DNA of 64,000 nt, taken from positions 13,527-77,526 of the forward strand of contig JBPOHN010000024.1 in the NCBI GenBank assembly GCA_052035525.1, given 5' to 3'. This stretch comes from Armatimonadota bacterium. GTDB lineage: Bacteria > Armatimonadota > UBA5829. How positions within the stretch are numbered: the first letter of the stretch is position 1; the number at the start of each line of letters is the position of its first letter. Positions 40,057 through 50,806 of the stretch are shown here, in pieces. The notes beneath the pieces are model-generated. The model was not told the DNA's origin, ran no database searches, and saw only the letters and a program-made list of their open reading frames with translations. A program made the translations under genes and the position numbers.

Positions 40057-42177
40057 TCACTGCAGCGGTATTGTTGCGCTGCGCGTGGTGGCAGAAAGGG
40101 TGATCTCCCGCCTGGAAGGCAAGATCACCCTGAGAGCCCGGGCTTTCTTCGGCGCGTCGATCGTCAGTCTCAGGGAATCTCCATCCACTCGAGCGGTGTA
40201 ACTGAGCGTACCGAACTGCACCGGCAGGTCTCGCACGGCTATCGTTGCCCCCCGCCTCAGCCAGTGCCGTGGGACCCCCGACATTAGCACCAAATCCTGG
40301 CCCGATTCCCTCACCAGCATGTTTCTGACAAGGGAGATGTACGAAGCGCACATCCATCCGTGCGGCATATCGCCCTCGGCGAGCGTCAGATTGTCCGTGA
40401 ACATGCCCTCCGGCCAGGAGTAGAAACCCTTTGTAGGATCGTGCTTGAGTGTCCAATCCAGCATCGTCCAAGCTCGCTCGCGCTGCCCGAGCATGATGTA
40501 GCCCTGCGCAAGATCAAGTCCGGCATACGGCCAATAGTGCCCTTTGTGGATGAACCCGCCCTTGGATGGCGCAATCCACTTGTCCCAGTATGTGTCGAAC
40601 GAGGATGTCGTCAGCGGGTCATTGGGGTCGAGCACATCGCAAGGCCATAGCCCGCAGGAAGTCCCCCGTGCCATGGCCGAACTGGTCAAGTCCTGCGGCC
40701 CGTTCGGTATGTAGGACGTTTTCAGGCTGCGTACGCTCGCTAACGTAGCCTTCAGCAGCGAATCCGCCTCTGCTTGCATCCACTCCGCGTCCTTAGCCTT
40801 ACCAAGCTCCCTGGCGGCGAATGCTGCGTCTCGCAGACCTCTGACGCACCAAAAATCGTCCCAGTAGTGCTGATGCTTGCCGCTGCCGAGATCCTCCGCC
40901 GAGACCGAAGGAGGCAGAATACCGTCAGCAGAAACCCGCTTGTCCCTAACGAACTTCGACGCCGAAAGTATCATCGGCCAGGCGTCCTGAAGCAGCTTCC
41001 TGTCACCAGTTCTCTTGTAGTGCTGCACGAACGTGTAGATCGCCTCGCCCGGCGCATCGAGCTCGTCCGCGTTACCCCGTGTTTTTGCGAGGAACCCTCC
41101 ATCCGGCAGCTGCATCGAGCGTATCTCCGCAAGCGCGGGCGGTATCAGATCGCCCTGGCCGGCGTAGAACAGCGCGTCCGCAATGTAGGCCGCGTCTCGC
41201 AGCCAGAACGAGTTGTACTTAGCTGGGCCGGGAACGGGTTTTCCGTCGCCGCACAGCATGATGAGGTAAGCAAGGCTCCCGTTGAAGCAGTCGATCACCC
41301 GCTGGTCGGGAAGTTGCAGCGATACGCGGCCGAGCCTCGCGCTCCAGGCCCGCGTTGCGTCCGCGAAAGTGCTCTTCGTCGTCTCGCGGACCGGGCGAAG
41401 CTGCTCCGGGCGGACGTCGGCAAGCGGCATCACAAGGTTGAGTCCAGCCCTGTCGTCCGCGCCGATTTGCAGGTCGAACCGCATAGCGCCGGAGGCCTGC
41501 GCGGACTTGCCACGAGCCTGGTTTGCGCGCGGCAGAATTGCTCTGCGGATGTAGCACGTGATATCCGTTCCATCGTCGCCCGTCAATGCTCCCGTGTCGT
41601 TTGGCTCCCTGTCGGTCTGGAACAGCACGCTTCCGTCGATGCTTAGGCATCTCCGCGCCTCGTCGAATTCCGCCTCATAGCCCGACGCCATCAGCCCCAC
41701 CACCTGGTAAGGCACGGCGGCAACGAACAACGAGAGCCTCGATGCCCTGCCGCCAAGGTTCTGGACCGATAGATCGACGATGCAGGTGTCCTTGTTGGCA
41801 TAGACTCTTTCGCGGACCTGCATCTGCGGGCCCAGATCCCACGACCGGTGCTGACCTTCGATAGTCCAGAATCCGTTCCGTGCTCGCGTGTTCTGGAGCA
41901 AAGGCGAGTAGAGAATGCGGCTGTCCCTATCGTAGACGAACCAGTGTACACTGTGGGAGTTCCGGTTGGGTTGAACAGCGCCGTCAGGGTTCACAAACGC
42001 GACGTTGGGAGAGCCGGGGTAGCCGACTATCGCCCACGTCTTGTACAGAGACCGGGGCTCGAAATCCGCGAAGAGGGAATCCCCGGGCGACGGGCGTGAC
42101 GTGGTATAGCAGCGCCACGCAACTAGCGCGCCCACTGCCAACACAACGACCCCGAGCAGAAGCAACTTGCGTTTCAC
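40057..42177 (-). CDS. secreted (alpha/alpha)6-barrel glycoside-hydrolase-like protein (GH15/GH63-like)
   Basis: 706 aa. An N-terminal TM/signal region and an FWLRDAAYIADALFYAG motif, typical of six-hairpin glycosidases. Confidence 0.45.
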   Translation of the reverse strand: MKRKLLLLGVVVLAVGALVAWRCYTTSRPSPGDSLFADFEPRSLYKTWAIVGYPGSPNVAFVNPDGAVQPNRNSHSVHWFVYDRDSRILYSPLLQNTRARNGFWTIEGQHRSWDLGPQMQVRERVYANKDTCIVDLSVQNLGGRASRLSLFVAAVPYQVVGLMASGYEAEFDEARRCLSIDGSVLFQTDREPNDTGALTGDDGTDITCYIRRAILPRANQARGKSAQASGAMRFDLQIGADDRAGLNLVMPLADVRPEQLRPVRETTKSTFADATRAWSARLGRVSLQLPDQRVIDCFNGSLAYLIMLCGDGKPVPGPAKYNSFWLRDAAYIADALFYAGQGDLIPPALAEIRSMQLPDGGFLAKTRGNADELDAPGEAIYTFVQHYKRTGDRKLLQDAWPMILSASKFVRDKRVSADGILPPSVSAEDLGSGKHQHYWDDFWCVRGLRDAAFAARELGKAKDAEWMQAEADSLLKATLASVRSLKTSYIPNGPQDLTSSAMARGTSCGLWPCDVLDPNDPLTTSSFDTYWDKWIAPSKGGFIHKGHYWPYAGLDLAQGYIMLGQRERAWTMLDWTLKHDPTKGFYSWPEGMFTDNLTLAEGDMPHGWMCASYISLVRNMLVRESGQDLVLMSGVPRHWLRRGATIAVRDLPVQFGTLSYTARVDGDSLRLTIDAPKKARALRVILPSRREITLSATTRSATIPLQ

Positions 42178-42815
42178 TGCGGCACCGAATGATCTTTGTC
42201 CTTGCCCCTGGTCTTCTCAGCGGCCTGAGCCGCTCCCAACAAGGCGTAGATGTGAATGGTGCCCGCGAGGCAGGCGAACGCCACCGACGCAGTGGTAACG
42301 CGCTGGAGGGAGCTTGCACCGGGATCGAGGGTGAAGAGGAAAAGCACGCAGGACAGCATCCAGGAGATGAAGATCCCGATCCCCCTGACATACTCACCGC
42401 AGTAGAGGTGACCGAGCCCCGGCGCGATTGTAAGCAGAACGGCAAGCGCGGCACTCTTCGGCTGCACAGGACGGAATTGGCCAGGGTTCTCTACCATCAG
42501 CCTCATAAGTTCCTTCTGCCGGTCGGCTTCGGATATCTCCAGAATCGCCTTCCCGTACTTCTCCTCTACTGATGCACGGCCCGGTTCCGCTTCGAGGATG
42601 GACTTGTAATGCTCGGCAGCCGTCTTCACGTCGCCGTGCGCATAGATCATATCCGCGGCGAACTCTCGCGCGGCGATATCTTCGGGAAACAGGTCCAGCG
42701 CCTTCTTGATCGAGATCGTGGCCTGGCCGTAGTCGCCCCTCCGCCGGAATACGGTCGCGGCAGTCATCAGCCGATCAAACTCAGCCTTCTTAGTAGCATC
42801 GCCCAATTCATGCAT
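42174..42815 (-). CDS. TPR-repeat membrane protein
   Basis: 213 aa. The N-terminus has TPR-like helices and the C-terminus two TM helices. The stop overlaps the downstream gene start. Confidence 0.5.
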   Translation of the reverse strand: MHELGDATKKAEFDRLMTAATVFRRRGDYGQATISIKKALDLFPEDIAAREFAADMIYAHGDVKTAAEHYKSILEAEPGRASVEEKYGKAILEISEADRQKELMRLMVENPGQFRPVQPKSAALAVLLTIAPGLGHLYCGEYVRGIGIFISWMLSCVLFLFTLDPGASSLQRVTTASVAFACLAGTIHIYALLGAAQAAEKTRGKDKDHSVPQ

Positions 42816-42905
42816 AGGATGTTGGATTGCACATTGCAGATTCTTGGATTGCAGATCGTCCGCGATATCCGACGCAATCCAAAATCGCCAAATCTGGAAA
42901 GATGG

Positions 42906-43271
42906 TTACGCGTTTTCCAGCTTTGCCGCGGTTGCCTTCCAGAGGGATTCTATGTCGTAGTATTCGCGCTCCTCGCGGGCGAATATGTGTACAACCACAT
43001 CGCCATAGTCCATCAGCACCCATTTGGCCTGCGCATATCCCTCGACGTGCTCTTTCCTGAGGCCCTCTTTCCTGCCGTCTTCGAGCAGGCCATCGGCGAT
43101 GGCTTTGATGTGCGTATTCGAATTGCCGGAGCAGATGACGAAGTAGTCGGCGATCAGGGTCCTGTCGCGCAGGTCGATCACCTCCACATCCTCCGCCTTC
43201 TTCTCGTCAAGCAGCCTCTTTACAAGTTCAAGTTTCTGTTCTGTGTTAATGCTATACGCTCCAAATATCAC
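42906..43271 (-). CDS. rsfS: ribosomal silencing factor RsfS (Iojap)
   Basis: 121 aa: KKAEDVEVIDLRDRTLIADYFVICSGNSNTHIKAIAD... Confidence 0.8.
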   Translation of the reverse strand: MIFGAYSINTEQKLELVKRLLDEKKAEDVEVIDLRDRTLIADYFVICSGNSNTHIKAIADGLLEDGRKEGLRKEHVEGYAQAKWVLMDYGDVVVHIFAREEREYYDIESLWKATAAKLENA

Positions 43272-43342
43272 TGAGACAATCGTAGTTGCCGGCCTCTGTC
43301 CCGGCTAGGTCCGGGATTGAGATCGGACGCTGAATGCGTCGA

Positions 43343-44608
43343 TTACGTATTCCCTTCGCGGTAATCACGCCCGATAATCACCGTCACATCCGGCATGCCC
43401 TCGGTCTGCTTCTCCTCGCGCACGTCGGTGCAGTTCAGCAGCTTGACGATCGCCAGCACGGCGGCGGTATTGCCTTTGCGCGTGATCACCTGACACCTGT
43501 CATATTCGAAGCCCGACGCATTCCCCTGCTTGGTGACCGTGAATCCTGCCCGCTGCAACTGCTCCGCTACGCGACCTGCAACGCCGGGCACACCACAGCC
43601 ATTCAACACCTCGACGCTCGCCGTCATGTCCTCTTCGATTACGCTCTCGAACCGCATCTGCTGCGCAACAACTTGGGGAATCTGCTCGTAATCAGGCATC
43701 CAATAGCTGGCCTGATGCCTGCTTCCCGGAGCGCCCGGCAAAACGGCCATCTGCATCTCCTCGGGCTTGACATCCTTCATGAAATCCGCCAGGGCGTCCC
43801 AATCCTTGATCCTCAGATTGCTGACAATGAAACCCTTTTCGTACGCGTTGCTAAGCACCCTGGCCCTATCGCGCTTGTGCGGCATGCTCAGAATCCGGTT
43901 CGCAAGCGCTCTCATAAAGTACTGCTGTCTGGCAACGCGGCCTGCCGCGACTTTCTTGCCATCAACTATCCGCCAGCCGCTGTCGCCCCACCTGTCGTGA
44001 CGGAACCGCACATACCCTTCAGCCTGCTTGCCGTTCAGCAACTGCTTCTCGGGGCTTGCGCGGAGATTGATATACAGACCCTGCGATCTGTCGCGGTAGC
44101 GCATGTTCTGGTCCACGACAATGTAGACTCCGCCCACACTGTCCACCAGGCCCCGAAGACCCCAGGGGCTCGTGGAAATGTAGTAGTCGATGTCCACTCC
44201 CAGCAGACCGGCAATCACCTGCGTGGTCAGCTCGGGCCCGCCGAAACGATTGGCCGCATTGATCTTACAGGTGCCGTGGCCGGGCACCCGAACCATGGTG
44301 TCCCGCGGTATCGATATCGCCCGGACCTGCTTGGGCTTCGCGTTGTTGTTGATCGCCAGGACAACGAGGGTATCGGCCAGGCCGTGGGTCTTTCTGCTTC
44401 CGGTGTTGTCTTCGCCCAATACGAGAATGCGAACGATGGGCTTGCTTTCCAACTCACAAGGCGCAAACATATCCCGCAACGTGACAATGCCCGACATGCT
44501 GGCCAAGTATCTTCCGCCGATTACCCCCAAAACCGATGCCACAACCACAACAACAAGGACTGCCCCAAGTGGCATCCTACTCCTTGGTCTGCGCCGCGTC
44601 GTCCTCAA
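43343..44608 (-). CDS. LytR-CpsA-Psr (LCP) family protein with C-terminal LytR_C domain
   Basis: N-terminal TM helix, VLGEDNTGSRKTHGLADTLVVLAIN...ISIPRDTMV (LCP core) and a C-terminal LytR_C-like domain. Confidence 0.7.
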   Translation of the reverse strand: MRTTRRRPRSRMPLGAVLVVVVVASVLGVIGGRYLASMSGIVTLRDMFAPCELESKPIVRILVLGEDNTGSRKTHGLADTLVVLAINNNAKPKQVRAISIPRDTMVRVPGHGTCKINAANRFGGPELTTQVIAGLLGVDIDYYISTSPWGLRGLVDSVGGVYIVVDQNMRYRDRSQGLYINLRASPEKQLLNGKQAEGYVRFRHDRWGDSGWRIVDGKKVAAGRVARQQYFMRALANRILSMPHKRDRARVLSNAYEKGFIVSNLRIKDWDALADFMKDVKPEEMQMAVLPGAPGSRHQASYWMPDYEQIPQVVAQQMRFESVIEEDMTASVEVLNGCGVPGVAGRVAEQLQRAGFTVTKQGNASGFEYDRCQVITRKGNTAAVLAIVKLLNCTDVREEKQTEGMPDVTVIIGRDYREGNT

Positions 44609-45207
44609 CTTCTGTAAAGCCCTTCCTGCCTGATATAATCCTCTACCTGCCCCGGAACCAGATATCTGATCGACCTGCCCTGCCGCACCCGCTCCCGAAG
44701 GTCCGTGGACGATATGTCCACCCCCGGCATTGCGAGCGGCACTATGCCTTTGGCAATATCCTCCGGCAGCGCATCGAACACCTCGGAATCAGCCACACCC
44801 GGCCGGTTAGCAACCACTATTCGCGCGAGCTTCCGTATTTCATACGGCTCCCGCCACTTCATCAGGTCCCGCCCCTCATCAGTTCCGAGCAGCAGAAACA
44901 CCTCGGTCCCCGGCCCGTAGACCTCCAGGAGCTGCCTGATCGTATCAATCGTATAGGACGGTCCCGGGCGGTCGATCTCCATCGTCGAGCACTCAAAGTA
45001 CTCATTACCCTCAACCGCCAGCCGCGTCATCTCAAGCCGATGGCGCGCGTCCGTCACCTGTTCCCCAAGCTTGTGTGGGGGCTGGGCAGCCGTCACGAAC
45101 AGCACTTTCTCCAGCTCAAACTGCTCCCTCGCTTGCTCGGCGAGTATCAGATGCCCCCAGTGGATGGGATCGAACGTCCCACCCATCAGCCCCAGCCGCA
45201 ACTTCAT
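44605..45207 (-). CDS. nadD: nicotinate-nucleotide adenylyltransferase
   Basis: MKLRLGLMGGTFDPIHWGHL (HxGH nucleotidyltransferase motif). Confidence 0.85.
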   Translation of the reverse strand: MKLRLGLMGGTFDPIHWGHLILAEQAREQFELEKVLFVTAAQPPHKLGEQVTDARHRLEMTRLAVEGNEYFECSTMEIDRPGPSYTIDTIRQLLEVYGPGTEVFLLLGTDEGRDLMKWREPYEIRKLARIVVANRPGVADSEVFDALPEDIAKGIVPLAMPGVDISSTDLRERVRQGRSIRYLVPGQVEDYIRQEGLYRS

Positions 45208-45210
45208 ACC

Positions 45211-45534
45211 TCGCTCAGGTCTCTTTCAGCATGGAAATGAGAAAGTCAGAAGAGAAGAAGATGGGCTTCTCTTCCTGGTTTTCTGTCTTTCGGGCTTCCA
45301 TGCTTAGAAAGATCACTATCCGCGCAACTGCCCATCGCCGGTCACAACGTACTTGTAAGTCGTGATCTCGTGTCACTCAGGTCTTCATCAGCATGGAAAT
45401 GAGAAAGTCAGAAGAGACGAAAATGAGCTTCTCTTCCTGGTTTTCTGTCTTTCGGGCTTCCATGCTTGAAAAGATCACTATCCGCGCAACTGCCCATCGC
45501 CGGTCACAACGTACTTGTAAGTCGTGATCTCGTT
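45211..45534. repeat. 162-bp direct tandem duplication (2 copies, about 94% identity) spanning the proA 3' end and its downstream hairpins
   Basis: Copy 1 at 45211-45372 and copy 2 at 45373-45534 differ at about 9 positions. Each holds nested inverted repeats (agcatggaa...ttccatgct ; gaagagaag-N8-cttctcttc) and the last about 18 proA codons plus stop. Confidence 0.85.
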
Positions 45535-46722
45535 GATCCCCATCGGGCCGCGAGCGTGCAGCTTCTGCGTCGAAATCCCCATCTCCGCGCCGAGGCCGAA
45601 CTCATAGCCATCCGAGAACCGCGTCGATACATTCACGAACACACACGCGGAATCCACCTCGTCCGTGAACCTCTTCGCCGCGGAATAGTCCCCGGTCACG
45701 ATCGTATCCGTGTGATGGCTGCCGTATTTGTTGATGTGCGCGATCGCCTCGTCCAACCCTGAGACAACCTTGATCGCAAGGATCAGGTCCACATACTCCG
45801 TTTCCCAATCGTCCTCGGTCGCCACTTTCATCGGCACGATGGCCCGCACCTTCTCGTCGCCGCGAAGCTCCACGCCGGCATCAGCCAGGCGTCTACACAT
45901 GGTAGGAAGAAAGTCGGACGCAATATGTTCGCTCACCAGCAAAGTTTCCATGGCGTTGCAGACGCTTGGATTCTGCACCTTCGCGTTGAAGGTGACCTCT
46001 TCAGCCATCTTGAGGTCCGCCGCGCCGTCCACATAGACGTGGCAGTTGCCGTCCAGGTGCCAGATGACCGGTATCTGCGAGTTCTCGACCACCGTTCGCA
46101 CGAGGCCCTTGCCGCCCCGAGGAATCAGGCAGTCCACATACTGCTTCATCGTCATCAGCTCGCGCGCGGCTTCCCGGTCGGTCGTCTCGATTATCTCAAC
46201 CGCCCCTTCGGGCACGCCGGAGGCCGTGATCGATTCCTGGATGATCTTCGCTATCGCCAGGTTCGAGTTGATCGCCTCCGAGCCGCCGCGCAGCACGACC
46301 GCGTTTCCGGCCTTGAGGCACAGCGCCGCCGCATCCGCGGTGACGTTCGGGCGCGACTCATAAATGATCCCGATCACGCCGATCGGCACTCGCACCTTGC
46401 GCACTTCCATGCCATTCGGCCGCAGATAACCCTCGATCGTTTCACCAATAGGGTCCCGCAGCGCGGCGATCTGCCGCACGCCGTCCGCCATCTGGGCGAC
46501 CTTCTTGTCATCCAGCGCCAACCGCTTCAGCATCGCCCCGGTGACGCCGTTCGCTTCCGCGGCCTTGAGGTCGATGCAGTTGGCTTCGAAGATAGCGGTC
46601 TTGTTCGCCTCGAACGCGTCCGCCATCGCTAGCAGCGCCCGCTTCTTCACTGCCATTCCCAGCGTAGCGAGCTTACCCGCCGCCGCCTTAGCCCGTATGC
46701 ACTTCTGTTCTACTTCGCCCAT
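45478..46722 (-). CDS. proA: gamma-glutamyl phosphate reductase
   Basis: 414 aa. LRGGSEAINSN, EGAVEIIETTDRE and the catalytic LDGNCHVYVDG-like region. Confidence 0.9.
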   Translation of the reverse strand: MGEVEQKCIRAKAAAGKLATLGMAVKKRALLAMADAFEANKTAIFEANCIDLKAAEANGVTGAMLKRLALDDKKVAQMADGVRQIAALRDPIGETIEGYLRPNGMEVRKVRVPIGVIGIIYESRPNVTADAAALCLKAGNAVVLRGGSEAINSNLAIAKIIQESITASGVPEGAVEIIETTDREAARELMTMKQYVDCLIPRGGKGLVRTVVENSQIPVIWHLDGNCHVYVDGAADLKMAEEVTFNAKVQNPSVCNAMETLLVSEHIASDFLPTMCRRLADAGVELRGDEKVRAIVPMKVATEDDWETEYVDLILAIKVVSGLDEAIAHINKYGSHHTDTIVTGDYSAAKRFTDEVDSACVFVNVSTRFSDGYEFGLGAEMGISTQKLHARGPMGINEITTYKYVVTGDGQLRG

Positions 46723-46732
46723 TCGTTCGTTG

Positions 46733-46764
46733 GAAGGTTAGAAGGTTTGAAGGTTAGAAGGTTG
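46733..46764. repeat. 4 x 8-bp GAAGGTTN microrepeat in the proB-proA spacer
   Basis: gaaggtta gaaggttt gaaggtta gaaggttg. On the coding (minus) strand this reads (NAACCUUC)4, 10 nt upstream of the proA ATG. Confidence 0.8.
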
Positions 46765-46805
46765 GGGATGGCTCCCTGACCTTCGAGACTTCCAGCCTTG
46801 TAACC

Positions 46806-49227
<2,422 letters not shown>

Positions 49228-49228
49228 T

Positions 49229-49431
49229 CATCCGATCATCCGGGGAATTCTTGATCGTCCGGAGGATTCCTACTCCGGACGCACGTCTCCGGACATTCCC
49301 GATCGTCCGGGGGATTCCTGCCCCGGACGCGTGTCCCCGGACATTCCCGATCGTCCGGGGGATTCCTACTCCGGACGCATGTCCCCGGGCATTCCTGCCC
49401 GCAAGCCATCCGGGCTCTCCGCTTTCCACTC
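49229..49431. repeat. REP/BIME-like GC-rich palindromic repeat array (partial unit, 2 x 48-bp units, one long unit) between the serpin-1 stop and the obg start
   Basis: Units are gatcgtccgg(a/g)ggattcct(a/g)c(t/c)ccggacgc(a/g)(c/t)gtc(t/c)ccggacattccc at 49253-49300 and 49301-49348, plus 49349-49402. Each contains GTCCGGGG / CCCCGGAC inverted motifs able to form alternative hairpins. Confidence 0.75.
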
Positions 49432-50688
49432 TTAGCTCTTCGGCTCGGTAATCGCCCCCAGGAACAACAACTCGCCGCTCATGTTATCCCGAATCGCGAA
49501 GAAGAACGGCCGGTCCACTATCATGCTCGTCACTTGCACAACCGACTTCACTGCCACCTCAACTGAAGTTGCGGCGGCTGCCTCCGTCCCTTCCTCATCC
49601 ACGTCAACGTAGGTCTTGTGGATCACACGGCGGATGTAGAGTGACTTGCCCATCGGCGACATTGCCGAGAAATCCGACCTTAGGTCACAAGCCGGCGACA
49701 TGCCCATGTCGCAGAGGGGACCTATGGCAATCGGCTTCACAAGATCGAACCTCATCTCAGCCCTGAACTTCGGCAGCCCGAGCCGCACTTCCACTCTGCG
49801 GTCGCGGATGGCATTCATCCATTTCTCCCAGGTCTCAGAGGTGAGGCGCTTTGAGAACTGGCCCACGCTCACACCCTTCGACGGCAGCAAGACGTACATG
49901 CTGGTACGACCACGTCCGTACCCCAGATTGATGAGCTGAAAACCATCTCCCTGCAGATACTCGTACTTGGCCTGGCGGTGCATCATCTGCACCTGCATAG
50001 AGCGCCCGTCTCCGCGTGTAAAAGCCTGGCTCACGGTTTCGGACTTCTCAAACTGATCTGACCACTGGCCCTTGAAGTAGATGGCGTTGAGCAGGAACAT
50101 CACCGACATGGGACTGATCTCGTCCACGATCTCGGGGATCCTCCCCCGTGTCTCTTTGCTGACCCAACCATTGATCGTATCCTTTGCCGTCGGATCGCTG
50201 AAGTCTAGAGCAGTGATCTTGGCGCCGTAGAAGTCTCTGTTGCGCCGCAGGAAATCAGCCTTGAACTCTACGTCCTTGCGGGCCCACAGCGAGTTGGCAA
50301 TCGATACCTCTATTCCTTCACCAGGCGCTTCTGCGTTCGCCAGTAGCGCCCTGTTCCCCGCATTGACCTGCTCCAAGCTCAGACCATGGTAGCCGAGCGT
50401 CTCCGCCATCGCCTTCTTAGTATGGCCGCTCGCGCCGTTGTAGGTCATGGACAGCGCCAAAGACACGCTGGCCGGCGATATCACGATGTTACCGCCCGAA
50501 CTGCCATCCGCCAGTAACTGCTTGAGCAATCGCAGACCAAAATCCGTGTTTGCGGCAACAACAGCCGGATCAACCTTCTCCGCTGCCTCGGCAGACTTTT
50601 CGAGCGGCTTCTTTCCACCGGACATAACCCAAACCGCTCCGACCAGGACAACAACCAGCACCAACAACCACAGCGTTCGTTTGCGCAT
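49432..50688 (-). CDS. serpin-family serine protease inhibitor (secreted); RCL P1 probably Lys
   Basis: NAIYFKGQW, hinge EEGTEAAAATSVEVAVKS, RPFFFAIRD and a C-terminal LLFLGAITEPKS. Start is at MRKRTLWLLVLVV (signal peptide). The ORF-track N-terminal extension is a translation of the repeat element. Confidence 0.8.
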   Translation of the reverse strand: MRKRTLWLLVLVVVLVGAVWVMSGGKKPLEKSAEAAEKVDPAVVAANTDFGLRLLKQLLADGSSGGNIVISPASVSLALSMTYNGASGHTKKAMAETLGYHGLSLEQVNAGNRALLANAEAPGEGIEVSIANSLWARKDVEFKADFLRRNRDFYGAKITALDFSDPTAKDTINGWVSKETRGRIPEIVDEISPMSVMFLLNAIYFKGQWSDQFEKSETVSQAFTRGDGRSMQVQMMHRQAKYEYLQGDGFQLINLGYGRGRTSMYVLLPSKGVSVGQFSKRLTSETWEKWMNAIRDRRVEVRLGLPKFRAEMRFDLVKPIAIGPLCDMGMSPACDLRSDFSAMSPMGKSLYIRRVIHKTYVDVDEEGTEAAAATSVEVAVKSVVQVTSMIVDRPFFFAIRDNMSGELLFLGAITEPKS

Positions 50689-50724
50689 CAATCTACCCCT
50701 TCGCCTAGCAGTTGCGCCAACCCC

Positions 50725-50778
50725 GATGGTCCGGGGGATTCCTGCCCCGGACGGATGTCGCCGGGCATTCCTGCCCGC
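50725..50778. repeat. single copy of the same REP-like element directly after the serpin-2 stop
   Basis: gatggtccgggggattcctgccccggacggatgtcgccgggcattcctgcccgc. The 30-bp flank to the stop is homologous to the flank at the first locus. Confidence 0.75.
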
Positions 50779-50806
50779 AAGCCATTCGGCTCCTCGCTCT
50801 CCGCTC

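Noticed and set aside
49229-49402. Possible CRISPR array
   Set aside because: The units are contiguous with no unique spacers, only 3.5 copies are present, and the same unit recurs singly elsewhere. This is REP/BIME-like, not CRISPR.
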